Source of the DNA: an uncultured Erysipelotrichaceae bacterium
GTDB taxonomy: Bacteria; Bacillota_I; Bacilli_A; RF39; UBA660
DNA length: 64,000 nucleotides
Direction: 5' to 3'
Assembly (NCBI GenBank): GCA_963535465.1
Contig: CAUSWF010000002.1
Span: 64,606 to 128,605, forward strand
The translations under genes were made by a program, and so were the position numbers. This document shows, piece by piece, positions 10,751 through 20,988 of this stretch. The notes beneath the pieces are model-generated. The model ran no database searches. It was given only the letters and a program-made list of their open reading frames with translations, and was not told the DNA's origin. The stretch's first letter is position 1. Each line of letters starts with the position of its first letter.

Positions 10751-13183
10751 ATGACTCAAATAAAATTTGATAAATCTAAAAAATATTATGATAGTAAATT
10801 AAATAAATACTATGGTTAGGGTATTTGGTTTAAGGATACTAATGATGATGGTAAATATAATGAAGGAGAATCTTTAATTCCTATGGGAAATAGAATTAAA
10901 AATTCTAATAATTCTTATGTACAATTAAATTCTGATGGAAGTAGAACTTTATTATATTCTAAAGGTAAATTTACTAATACTAATATTTCAAATGTAGATA
11001 AATAGGCTATATCTAAAGGATTAATATATGGACGCAATGCTTCTTTACAAAATAATAAATATGTAAGATCTAATAATGGCATAAGTAATTGGGATATAGA
11101 TACAGTTAGACAAAAAAATAAAGATGGAAGTTATACAGATATTAATAATAATACATCTTTTATATATAATAAAAATAAATATATTGGAACAGCTGGCAGT
11201 AAAAATGTAATAGATTTATATCATAACGTAGTAAGTAATGATGGAGGTAAAACTTGGTCTAGAAATTCTACAACTCAAAAATCTGTAAGTCCTTTTATTA
11301 CAAGACGCTATGGTACATAGCCTTTAGGTTAGTATTTAAATCCAGATACTAATATTAAAACAAATTATGCTGAAGTTAATTTTGGAGATACTAATGGTTA
11401 GAATCAATATTTAAAAAATAATTATTGGGTATATGATGATGGTAATGGTAATGTTCAAACTATCGGATTTAGGTATAAAGATGGTAAAGATTATGCGTTT
11501 TTATCAGACGATAATAATTTTTTAAATGATAATGTTTCTGGTATTTTAAAATCTAAATAGAGTATAGGTTCATCTAAACTTAAATCTTATAGTGCTGGTT
11601 TTACTCCAGGTATGGAAAAATGGAGAGGAAAAGGTGGATGGTATACAAATGTAGGATAGGATCTCCCCGATATAGTATACGGTGCTAAAGATGGTTATTT
11701 ATATAATAAACAAGGATAGCAAATAGGATTTAATGCAAATGGTACTTATTATTTAAAAAATAATATTATTGCTTCTGAAGAAAAACCTACATTTAAGAAT
11801 ACTTTAGTAAATGGGTGGTCTGGCTTAGTACAAGACTTTAGTAATTTAAGTTCTAGATTTGATCCTTCTAATAATTAGGGTTTCCAAAATAGATTTACTG
11901 GAATATTTGGAGATTTAGGTAGAGGAATACAGCATGCTGCATAGGGTACTGTAGGGGCATTAGCTACTGCTATTATTCCAGATAGTTTGAATGAAACCAT
12001 AGGTAAGTATGGTTAGATTACCGATATAGGAAAAGATTTAAGAAGTATAACTAGTTTATTTGGTAATGGGAAATTTGTTACACCTTGGGATTAGGATAAC
12101 CATGGCCTTGTTGATTACGCAGATATAATTGGCAACAAACAAGGTCTTCAAGATATAAACGATGCATTAAATGGAGCAACTGTTTTAATCGGAACTAAAG
12201 GATTAGGCACAACAAAAGAAGTTTTAAAAGGAACACTGCAGGGAACAAAAGCTATGAGGTTTACTGAAGCTGCTCTTAAAGGAGCAAAAAATACTTCTAA
12301 AAATATATATTCAAATGGAGCATATTATACAGGAAAAGCAGGATTACGTCCAAGTAATATTACTCCTATGATTAATGCTGTTAAACAAGGTTTTAAAAAT
12401 GCACGTACTTATTATGAAGAATCTGCTCCAGTAGTAACAAAACCAACAATAGTTGAGTCTAAACCAGTAACAGCAGGTACAAAATAGTATATACAACCTA
12501 CAATAAAAAAACTTAATCCAAATAAAGGTGCTGAAGTAGTATATAATATGAAATTTAATCCTGTTTAGGAAGCTTAGAATATAATGGCTAAACCTAAATT
12601 TATATTTAAAGAAAATTCTATAGTACATGTTCCTAAAGGATTACCTGTAAAAGTAGAATAGCCTGTACTAACATAGCAACCTGTTGTTAAACCGTCTGTA
12701 CAAAAAATTCCTAAAACTGCACCTAAACAATTAACTTTAGAGTTTGTGGAAGATAAACCTAAATATGTACAACCTATATTAAAACAGCTTAATGATGCTA
12801 AAAAAGCTGAAATTGCAAGTAAAATAGTTCCTATAGATTATGCAAATGTAGCACATACTATAATGTAGTCTAAACCTACTATATAGCTTCCAGAATTTAG
12901 ATTTTCTTCTAAATTTAATCCTGTTTCTGAAGCTAAAGCTAGAACAGTTAGTAATACTTCAAATGTAGGAAATATTCCTAATAAAAATATTAAGTATGTA
13001 GAAAGTCAACCTACAGTTAATAATTCTAAAATACTACAGTGGAAGCAAGCTAAAGAAATTAAAGCAGTACCTAAAACAATGAAACCTAAAAGTAAAAGTA
13101 AAATATTGAAAAAAGTAAATAAAAAATATTTAGGTGGAATTTTAAATAATAAATTTAATAATTGGATAAATGCAAATAACTAA
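10751..13183 (+). CDS. large virion protein (~810 aa; tail fibre / receptor-binding candidate), ~23 in-frame TAG
   Basis: One frame is continuous from ATG 10751 to TAA 13181-13183 once TAG is read through, and it contains the listed ORF 12254..12487. Asn/Gly/Tyr-rich beta-like composition. Internal repeats KFNPV(Q/S)EA near the C-terminus. No recognisable catalytic motif. Confidence 0.5.
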
Positions 13184-13697
13184 TTTTATAAAATATATAT
13201 AGAGTTGGGAAGGAGGTTATGCTAATATACCTCAAGATAGTGGAGGTCCTACTAATAAAGGAATTACCCTAACTACTTTCCGATCTATATTTGGGCAAAA
13301 CAAAACAATAGATGATTTAAAGAAAATGACAGATGAGCAATGGTGGAAAGTATTTAAAACTAAATTTTGGGATAAATACAAAGCAGATAATATTAAAGAT
13401 GAATGGTTAAGATATTTATTAGTAGACTGGTTATGGTGTTCTGGTCAATGGGCTATTACTAAAGTTTAGAAATTACTGGGATTAAATCCAGATGGAATTG
13501 TCGGAGACAGAACTATAACAGCTATTAATAGTAAAAATCCTAAACAATTATTTGATACTATTTGGAAGATGAGAGAAAAATTCCTTCAAGATATTTCTAA
13601 AGGTAAGAATAGTATATTTTTAAAAGGATGGCTTAGACGTCTTAATGGGCTTAAATATGGTTATTTAGTAACTAGTAATAATAAAATATTAAAATGA
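13170..13697 (+). CDS. endolysin: GH108-family lysozyme N-domain plus PG_binding_3 C-domain; 2 in-frame TAG
   Basis: MQITNFIKYI[Q]SWEGGYANIPQDSGGPTNKGITLTTF (GH108 'EGGY...D.GG.T..GIT' motif) ...WAITKV[Q]KLLGLNPDGIVGDRTITAIN (PG_binding_3 'LQxxLG..DG..G..T'). Ends at TGA 13695-13697. Confidence 0.7.
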
Positions 13698-13924
13698 GTT
13701 TTATAACAAATTTTAAAGAATCCAATAGGTATAAACACTTTTGGTGTGCTATACCTATTGGATTAATTTTTACTATACTTTGTGTTATTGGGTGTGCAGG
13801 AGGTATGGAATTTAAAGATAAACAATATAGTAATTATTGGGATTGGAAAGATTTTGGATTTACTGTATTAGGAGGATTTGTCGGACAGATATTATAGATT
13901 ATATTAATATTAATTTTATTATAA
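13694..13924 (+). CDS. small 2-TM membrane protein (holin/antiholin-like), 1 in-frame TAG
   Basis: MSFITNFKESNRYKHFWCAIPIGLIFTILCVIGCAGG...FGFTVLGGFVGQIL[Q]IILILILL*. The listed ORF 13694..13897 stops at a TAG; the true stop is TAA at 13922-13924. Confidence 0.4.
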
Positions 13925-15273
13925 TGCCAAAACCTTTTGATTTAGATTTACATAAAAGTTATAATGTAAATAATAAAAGTAAAAATTATAAGTCCTTTAC
14001 TGGGGCTAATGGAGAATTATGGTATACTGATAGACCTTTAATTACTTATAATAATAGTAAATTAGCTTATGTAACTAACGGAAGAAATGCTAGATGGGTT
14101 ACTGTTGGAAATGAATTTAATACTTAGCCTTAGATGTTATCTAGAGAACAAGCTGTAAAACGAGATCTTAATAAACCTAGAATACAAGCAGCTAATGATT
14201 TAACTTAGGGTTTAACTGATCTTATTACAGGAGGAATGGCTGGATCATTAAGAGAAGGGGCTTAGAATCTTACTAAAGGTAATTATATTAAGGGTATTTC
14301 ATAGTTAGCTACACCTGCCATGTTTGGATCTGGAATTGCAGGAAATATAGCAAGAGCAGGTGTCGGATCTTATAATTTATTAAATGAAGATAGAGTTAGA
14401 AAAACATATAAATATATTAATAATAAGGAATATGGGAATGCTGCTGTTTCTGGATTAGGAGATATTTTAAATGGAGGTATGGCTATACATGGTGGTACTT
14501 AGTTATTTAAAAACTACAGAATAGTTGAACCTAAATTATTAAGTGCTAATTTAAATAATAAAAATATGCCATATTACTCTTAGTTTGAATAGTAGGAAGC
14601 ATAGCAACATATGATATCTGATATAAAAAGAGGTTATTAGAATTTTAAAGATTGGATGACGAATCCTCATTATTTAGAATCTACTTTAGACAACATGGAA
14701 GAAGCTAAAAGAATGGGTTTAAAATATACACCTACTTATGATAAACCTCATTATAAAGCACTAATGTAGAACGGTATTAAAATTAATTTTAAGAAATAGA
14801 TGCAGGGTAATGGTGCTACTAGTTAGTTTGGTGCATAGGCCGGACATCCTGCTGAAGTTGATTTAAATTTAGGATCACCACAATCATTTTTTAATACTGT
14901 AAGACATGAATCTGGGCATGCTGCTTATCATGGTAATGGGTTAACTCCAGATGAACTTAAATATTTAAGATTTAAAACTCATTAGGCTTTTATAGATAAG
15001 GCTGAGGCTGGTCCTTATGATTTTCATTAGTAGACTGGTGAAGCTGCTATGAACGGTAGAGATTTAGGACATGATTTAGGAATATCTGTAGGACAATCTT
15101 ATCCAGGATATTAGAAAGCTTTAGAAACATTAAATTCAGGACTAGGCAAATCTACAAAAGATGGAATGATTAAATTATTTAAAACAGATGAACAATCTAT
15201 GCCTTATGTATGGAAATTACTTAATGGTACTTTACTAGGAGGAGCTTTAGTAACTAAATTTAATAATAAATGA
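13924..15273 (+). CDS. virion/lysis-associated protein (~449 aa) with HExxH zinc-metalloprotease-like motif; ~20 in-frame TAG
   Basis: ATG 13924 (taATG overlap). The frame contains the listed ORF 14320..14502 and ends at TGA 15271-15273. Motif ...SFFNTVRHESGHAAYHGNG... (HExxH). Confidence 0.45.
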
Positions 15274-15278
15274 ATAAA

Positions 15279-15313
15279 GGCGAGCATCAATTAAGATGTT
15301 CGCCTTTCTTTTT
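15279..15313 (+). terminator. rho-independent terminator closing the recoded late block
   Basis: GGCGAGCATC-aattaa-GATGTTCGCC: a 10-bp stem with one G.U pair, followed by TTTCTTTTT. Confidence 0.6.
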
Positions 15314-15782
15314 AAATTTAAAATTATGAAAAACTTTATTAATTTCTTTTTCTAGATCTTCTTTTATTTTTCTATTAATTCTATCAGCAATTTCTTGCTA
15401 CCTAATACATATTTTCCAAGAAGATTTTTCATTTTCTATCTGGATCTATTGATAGTTTATTTAACTCATCTTGATAATCTAAAAACCAAGATTCGTCTAA
15501 ACATTTATTATCTGTACATAACTTTCTAAATGTATATAAATTCTTAATTAAAAACTTAGAAAGTTTCTTAAGTATTTTAATTTTTAATTTCATCCAATAA
15601 TTTTTGTTTCCAAAATAAATATTCTTTTGAATTTTCTAGTTTATGTAATTTAAAGAATTTCTTTATTCTTTTTATATTCTTTATACTATGATATAGTTTA
15701 TTCTTATAACATTCTGAAATTTCATCATTAGATACATTAAAATACTTACAAAGTTTAATCATTAAGTGGTATACTAACATAG

Positions 15783-15870
15783 TTGCCTCGCTAGGATTCG
15801 AACCCAGATTGACGCCCTCAGAAGGCTACAGATTTAGAGTCTGCCGTAATAACCATTATACTACAAGGCA
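15783..15870 (-). tRNA. amber suppressor tRNA, anticodon CUA, class II (long variable arm, 87 nt); anticodon arm matches bacterial tRNA-Tyr
   Basis: Reverse complement: tgccttg-ta-gta/taatggttat/tac-g-gcaga/CT[CTA]AA/tctgt-long variable arm-ctggg/ttcgaat/cctag-cgaggca-A73. The anticodon stem-loop GCAGA CUCUAAA UCUG(U) differs from the E. coli tRNA-Tyr arm (GCAGA CUGUAAA UCUGC) only at position 34 and the closing pair. Confidence 0.65.
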
Positions 15871-15876
15871 TTAAAG

Positions 15877-15948
15877 TTATCCCACTAGGATTCGAACCCA
15901 GACTAAGAGGGTTAGAGCCTCCTGTGCTAGCCGTTACACCATAGGACA
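15877..15948 (-). tRNA. amber suppressor tRNA, anticodon CUA, class I (72 nt), tRNA-Gln-derived
   Basis: Reverse complement: tgtccta-tg-gtgt/aacggcta/gcac-a-ggagg/CT[CTA]AC/cctct-tagt-ctggg/ttcgaat/cctag-tgggata-A73. U1:A72, D-arm, 4-nt variable loop and T-arm closely parallel the phage tRNA-Gln(UUG) at 31788-31858. Confidence 0.65.
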
Positions 15949-16134
15949 ATAAATGTGGGAGCCGCCCACTTAATAAAATAAAAGATTTATTGGCTAAATA
16001 ATCTTAATTATTAAAATACTCAATCACCATCCTTTATATTCTCCTTAAGTATTTTAATTTCTTCACTTAGTATTGCTAAAGCATGTCTTGCTTGAAATAA
16101 TCTATTTTCTAATTCAGAAAATATTTTATCTTTA

Positions 16135-16503
16135 TTAATCATTTAAATACGTTACTAAGCGTTTTATTTCTGCACGTACTGTGTTATGTACTACAGTTTT
16201 AAACATATCAAGTACTTCGCTTGCAGTATTGTTTAAATTCCACTCATTGAGGGTTTTACCTGTTTGAGTTTCTACTTGCTCACAAGCTTTATTGAAAACA
16301 TCATCATCTAAATTATTTAAATAATCCTTAAGTTCTTTAGCAGATTTAAGTTCACTTTCATCACCAACTAACTTAATTGATATTGTTCCGTCTTCCTTAT
16401 TAATTTCATCTACTTTATAAGTAATGCCATCAATAATATAATTTTCCTCTTCTATACTATTTTCGGCAATACTATTAATTAAATTTTGTAATACTTCTTG
16501 CAT
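16135..16503 (-). CDS. hypothetical protein (acidic, 122 aa)
   Basis: Intact ORF with no TAG, same strand as the adjacent helicase-like gene. Confidence 0.4.
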   Translation of the reverse strand: MQEVLQNLINSIAENSIEEENYIIDGITYKVDEINKEDGTISIKLVGDESELKSAKELKDYLNNLDDDVFNKACEQVETQTGKTLNEWNLNNTASEVLDMFKTVVHNTVRAEIKRLVTYLND

Positions 16504-16707
16504 GTTTATTATTTAATTTTTAACTGTTACAATTATATATAAATATTAATTTATTACCAAATATAAAATGTTAATTTTTGTTGTTTTGTACTAAATTTTC
16601 TAATTTTAAAATTCTTTCTTTAAGCGACTTAATATCATTAGTATTCTTTTGTATTCTCTGTTCATGATTCTCAAGAACAGATATAATTTCTTGGTTTATT
16701 TCTTTTT

Positions 16708-18180
16708 TCATAATATAAATTTATAAATAGTTACTCTTTTATAATCTACTTGTTTTCTTGTCTTTTTAAATTCAGGAAAAAATGATTTTATTGTATTATT
16801 ATTCCATGTAAGTTGGTGTTCTTTTAATAAAGGTTTAAATATTTCCTGTATTTCATCTGAAGTATATTCTGATTTATTCAGTTCTACTAATTTATTATAT
16901 ATAAAAGGCAAGCCATGTTTAATTTTACTTGTAGCAATATTTGGTGTAAATGAATATTCCTCTGCTTCTTTTAATACTGCTAAACTATCAGAATAAATTT
17001 CACTAATTAAATCGTAGTTATATAGATCCAGTTTTCTAAGATTATCATCGTAAAATATCTTATCATTATGTTTATTAAGATATAAATTATAATAAGTATC
17101 TTTACTAAATAATTTTAATTCAGTTATATAATCATCAGCATCTAATTTATCTGTAAGTTCTGCTTTTCGTATACCTCTTCTTCTGGAATCTTCTACTAAA
17201 TTTAGAAAGTCTGTTTTAATAGTTCCTGCATATCTATGTTTATTTGTATTTAATATAAGTATACATTCATCTTTATATTTAGAATCTCGAAGTCGTCCAC
17301 ATACTTGTCTAACTTTAGTAGCTATATCTAATACTGTATTAGATACATTAGTATCTGATAATATTATACATAATCCATTTTTATCGTAAATATCACATCC
17401 TTCAAAAGCACATGATGTATAAAAATTTAAATGTTTTACTTCTGAATTTACTTCTGCATAATTACGTATTTTATTTTTACTATTTACTGAGCATACTACT
17501 CTATAATCTGGATTATCTAATTTTTTAATGATCGCATTTATTGTAGCTATAGAATTTAAAAATATATGTAAGTTTCTATCTTTATACATATCTATAATAT
17601 ATAATAATTCTTTCTGCACATAAAAAGTATCTCGAATATTTAGTTTAACAGGAACAGAATTTTGCCATTCATATGTAATTTGAGGTATATCCTTTAACTC
17701 TTCTAAAATACATTCAGGCTTAAGCGGAGTAGCTGTTAAGAATGCCCAATCTTTAAATTTATTAAAGTTTTGAAGAATATTTACAATAGCATCATTTCTA
17801 AAACTATAATCATTAAATAATAAGTGATATTCATCTATTAGTAAAAAATAATCTGGATAATTAGGAATTAACTCCATAAGTCTTGGAAGAGAATCATATG
17901 TAGCTATAATCTTTTTATATTCTAATGCTTTCTTTAAATAATTTTTAATTACTGTATTACCTACATCTCCCGTAACTCCTAGAACATTATCATTTGATTT
18001 AGATATTACTAAATTTTTAGTAGGACTAAGTATTAAACTATTCCGCCTAGCATTGATTTCAAGAGTTGTTCCGCCACAACCTGTGATTCCTTTATTAATA
18101 AGACAGTGTGATGGTAATTCATTAATTATATCTGATAAATATTGACACTTTTTGTCAATTAAAATTTTTTCATTTTGCAT
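16708..18180 (-). CDS. superfamily-2 DExH-box helicase-like ATPase
   Basis: P-loop GITGCGGTT, DExH-like LLIDEYH, motif III LTATP. 490 aa, no TAG. Confidence 0.5.
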   Translation of the reverse strand: MQNEKILIDKKCQYLSDIINELPSHCLINKGITGCGGTTLEINARRNSLILSPTKNLVISKSNDNVLGVTGDVGNTVIKNYLKKALEYKKIIATYDSLPRLMELIPNYPDYFLLIDEYHLLFNDYSFRNDAIVNILQNFNKFKDWAFLTATPLKPECILEELKDIPQITYEWQNSVPVKLNIRDTFYVQKELLYIIDMYKDRNLHIFLNSIATINAIIKKLDNPDYRVVCSVNSKNKIRNYAEVNSEVKHLNFYTSCAFEGCDIYDKNGLCIILSDTNVSNTVLDIATKVRQVCGRLRDSKYKDECILILNTNKHRYAGTIKTDFLNLVEDSRRRGIRKAELTDKLDADDYITELKLFSKDTYYNLYLNKHNDKIFYDDNLRKLDLYNYDLISEIYSDSLAVLKEAEEYSFTPNIATSKIKHGLPFIYNKLVELNKSEYTSDEIQEIFKPLLKEHQLTWNNNTIKSFFPEFKKTRKQVDYKRVTIYKFIL

Positions 18181-18636
18181 ATTTTTAAAATTTTAAATTT
18201 ATTAGTACTTAAGTATGAAAAAAGGTTCTCGTGTCAAACCTTAATATTATAGTGCCAAGACAAAATCGGGATTGTGTCAAGACATATCTTGTGCAGTAAC
18301 CAAGACAATGCTAAAGTAAATATATTATTTTTATTTTCAAATTATATTTTTAATTTTAACATTTTTTTATTTAATCTTTCCCCCCCCATTTTAAAAATGT
18401 AGTTCGTTTTAAATTTATTATAATATCGTATAAACGAGAGTATAATTAAAAAATTTATAAGTTATATGAGAGAGAGTCCACTCCCTTCGGTCGCCCCCCG
18501 CCTATCGTCGTGGGAAAATAGTCTACATTTATAAACTCCTATATGAATTTAGGGGATTGAACATTAAAAGATTGTTTAATCCAGGCTAAGTACGCATGCC
18601 TTAAATTGCGCACACCTCAAAAAGGATTAAGACTTA

Positions 18637-18942
18637 ATGAATTTCATTAATCTTACTCCACACGCTATTGTGCTGAACGATGGTGCAGTGTACCAGCCTT
18701 CTGGTACTATAGCACGCGTTTCGGCTCAGTTCAGCGAGGTTGTAGATGGATTCTGCACACAGACCTTCGGGGATGTTGTAGGACTGCCTGCACCTCAGGA
18801 TGGTGTGTACTACATCGTATCTGCTATGGTCTTTGCAGCCACAGACAGAGTTGATGTAGTTGCACCAGCCACTGGGCATCCTGCGTGTGTAAGGAATGAC
18901 AAAGGTCAGATAGTATCTGTACCTTGCTTCCTTAGACACTAA
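18637..18942 (+). CDS. hypothetical protein in GC-rich island
   Basis: 101-aa ORF in ~50% GC DNA. An antisense ORF overlaps; the + strand is preferred because of a plausible start after an AT-rich leader. Confidence 0.35.
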   Translation: MNFINLTPHAIVLNDGAVYQPSGTIARVSAQFSEVVDGFCTQTFGDVVGLPAPQDGVYYIVSAMVFAATDRVDVVAPATGHPACVRNDKGQIVSVPCFLRH

Positions 18943-19067
18943 GGACGTGTGGGACTTTGGTTTAGGCAATACCAAAGGTTGTAGATAAAATTGCAGCTGA
19001 GCTAAAGGAGTGGTAGCTTTATGTCCACTCCGTAGTTTATAATTCTTTTATAAACTTTAATAAAATC

Positions 19068-19691
19068 ATGGCAAAACGTGATTCTTATTTAAAGCTTATA
19101 GTCAGAGCAGAATTCGAAGAGAAGACTGTCTGTGCTTATGAAGATGGGGATGAAACTTTCCACACAATACATCACGGCGATGCTTGTGAGGCAAGTACAT
19201 TTCAGGTCTTCAAAAGGGCATGGGTAGAAGTTTATTCGATCTTTCCTGCGGAAAAGAAGTTATTGAAAGAATTTAATGACTTAGTTGCATCTAAGAAGGA
19301 TGCATTCTACGCATTAAGAGATTCTTTCAGTGAGTTCTATGAATTCCCTAAGATCGAGATAAACACTTCTCGTGTGGAGTTCTGCGAAGAAGAGAGAAAG
19401 CTAGGAGAGTTAGACCTCACTGAAGAAGAGTATGATCAGTTAAAAGCTGATAAGGACTTCTTTAGTAAAAGAGGTACTTTCGTTATATGCTATAACGGAA
19501 AGAACTTCAATGGTCTAGCTATTGCTGGTCAACCTGGATTCAACTCTAAATTTAACTGGGAACAGTTAAGATCAGAGTGGCATCCTAAGGAGATCAGCGG
19601 CATTCTTAGAGAAGATTGGGATTACCTGAAAAACAGGGATTACAGTCTTTTCGAAGACTTGCTCGAGGCTAGTCTCTCTGAACTGATGTAA
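19068..19691 (+). CDS. hypothetical protein (207 aa) in GC-rich island
   Basis: Intact ORF, TAA stop, GC-rich codon usage unlike the rest of the phage. Confidence 0.45.
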   Translation: MAKRDSYLKLIVRAEFEEKTVCAYEDGDETFHTIHHGDACEASTFQVFKRAWVEVYSIFPAEKKLLKEFNDLVASKKDAFYALRDSFSEFYEFPKIEINTSRVEFCEEERKLGELDLTEEEYDQLKADKDFFSKRGTFVICYNGKNFNGLAIAGQPGFNSKFNWEQLRSEWHPKEISGILREDWDYLKNRDYSLFEDLLEASLSELM

Positions 19692-19913
19692 GCTCAAGTT
19701 GAGTTGCTAAACTCAATATATAGAAAAAATTAGCTATGCGAAGCTACCTCGCAGAATAAGTAGGTAGCATAGTTTCAATTATCCTAAACATTAATAAATA
19801 TGGATAAAAGAATCGTCATCATTGAACCAGACGGACGTGTTGCCGTGTTCAATGATAGAGGGGCTTTCCTCGCTTACTTAGAAAGTAAGAAAGAGGCGTA
19901 GTCTTCTCGAGTT

Positions 19914-20537
19914 GTGTTATGCCACACAACGTGTAGACAAAAGGCACCGAGTTCACTTGCTCTCGTAAAAGCAAGTACACTTTTAACAACCAGAAGTTGC
20001 GCACGACACGAATCAGTGCATAAAGTTATGCAGATCGCAAATAACTTTTCAGAGAGAACTTTCGCAGCAGCATCTTTGCTGTCAGCTGGTAGCTCATTTA
20101 AGATTGTAAAGGTTGACATCTTTACAATCGCAGGTTCAACCAACAGCTACGTTGGCATTGAACTTGAAGGTCAAGAGCGTAAACCTGGCTTGCGTTCCTT
20201 GATCTCTAAGGGGCAATTAGGTCAACCTGTTACCTTTAAAGGTGGCAGAATGACAACTGCTAAGGACCAAACTGTTATCCGTAACGAAGGCACATTCGTT
20301 ACAGAGTTTAAGGATTGGTTGGCAGCTAATCCTGCAGCTACCAACAAGACTGTTTGCGAGCACTGGACCAAGGTGCTTACAGGCAAGTACCTGAATTGCG
20401 GATTCGGTTCCGCGATCATCAACGAGTACAACAAGGTACGTTGTACCCTCGCACTCTCAGTGTCAGATCAGCCTGATGCTGAGTTTACAAAGTTAACCGC
20501 AGAGCAAGAGACAGCTCTGCAGTATGCATCTATCTAA
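19914..20537 (+). CDS. hypothetical protein (207 aa) in GC-rich island
   Basis: Intact ORF, GC-rich, TAA stop. Confidence 0.4.
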   Translation: MLCHTTCRQKAPSSLALVKASTLLTTRSCARHESVHKVMQIANNFSERTFAAASLLSAGSSFKIVKVDIFTIAGSTNSYVGIELEGQERKPGLRSLISKGQLGQPVTFKGGRMTTAKDQTVIRNEGTFVTEFKDWLAANPAATNKTVCEHWTKVLTGKYLNCGFGSAIINEYNKVRCTLALSVSDQPDAEFTKLTAEQETALQYASI

Positions 20538-20607
20538 GTCTCTGTCCTGAGCATGACATTAAAAGGCTCTTTCTTTTTTAATATAAACACTTTAAAAAAA
20601 TACAATT

Positions 20608-20988
20608 ATGAAAGAGAAATTAATAACAAACTTAATAAATCTAGGTGCTGAAATAGTAAACCACCCAGATAAAGACAAAGCTATTTCTTGGTTAAAGATC
20701 TGGGGATTAGATTCTCCTGACACAGAAGCTCTTATAGAACTGTTGTGTCGTAAATATAAAGAGAATAATAAATTTTCTTGTAAGTTATTTTACTGGAACC
20801 TAGAAGACGGATGGAAAGTTTATCACAAACTCAAAGAAGCTGCGAAGAATATGCAATTAGACGAAGAAACTCGCTATGTTGCAAGTAGCTTACTGCATGA
20901 CGGATCTCCGTCTGCAATGGGCTACAGTCTAAGGATGAATGCTTACTATATAGAACATTTCATTAAGATTGTAACATTTGCATGTTAA
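20608..20988 (+). CDS. hypothetical protein (126 aa)
   Basis: Intact ORF, TAA stop. Confidence 0.4.
   Translation: MKEKLITNLINLGAEIVNHPDKDKAISWLKIWGLDSPDTEALIELLCRKYKENNKFSCKLFYWNLEDGWKVYHKLKEAAKNMQLDEETRYVASSLLHDGSPSAMGYSLRMNAYYIEHFIKIVTFAC

Noticed and set aside
12344-12628. 94-aa minus-strand ORF; similar AT-rich antisense ORFs at 54306..54629, 54681..54971, 44610..45113, 46696..47061, 23789..24010, 28838..29227, 47556..47741, 48338..48535 and 53141..53395
   Set aside because: All lie antisense to better-supported genes and have Phe/Ile/Tyr-rich low-complexity translations typical of AT-rich antisense frames.
8900-15300. A ~6.4-kb plus-strand stretch with only four ORFs of 60 aa or more in the standard-code track, which could be read as non-coding or pseudogenised DNA
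   Set aside because: Every interruption is a TAG. Read-through gives long single-frame genes with clear enzymatic domains (M15, SLT, GH108+PG_binding_3). It is coding under a TAG-sense code.
18634-18975. 113-aa minus-strand ORF overlapping the plus-strand ORF 18637..18942; likewise 19874..20143 and 20222..20434 against 19914..20537
   Set aside because: In GC-rich DNA both strands stay open. The plus-strand ORFs have plausible starts and fit the local gene direction, so they are preferred, but confidence is low.
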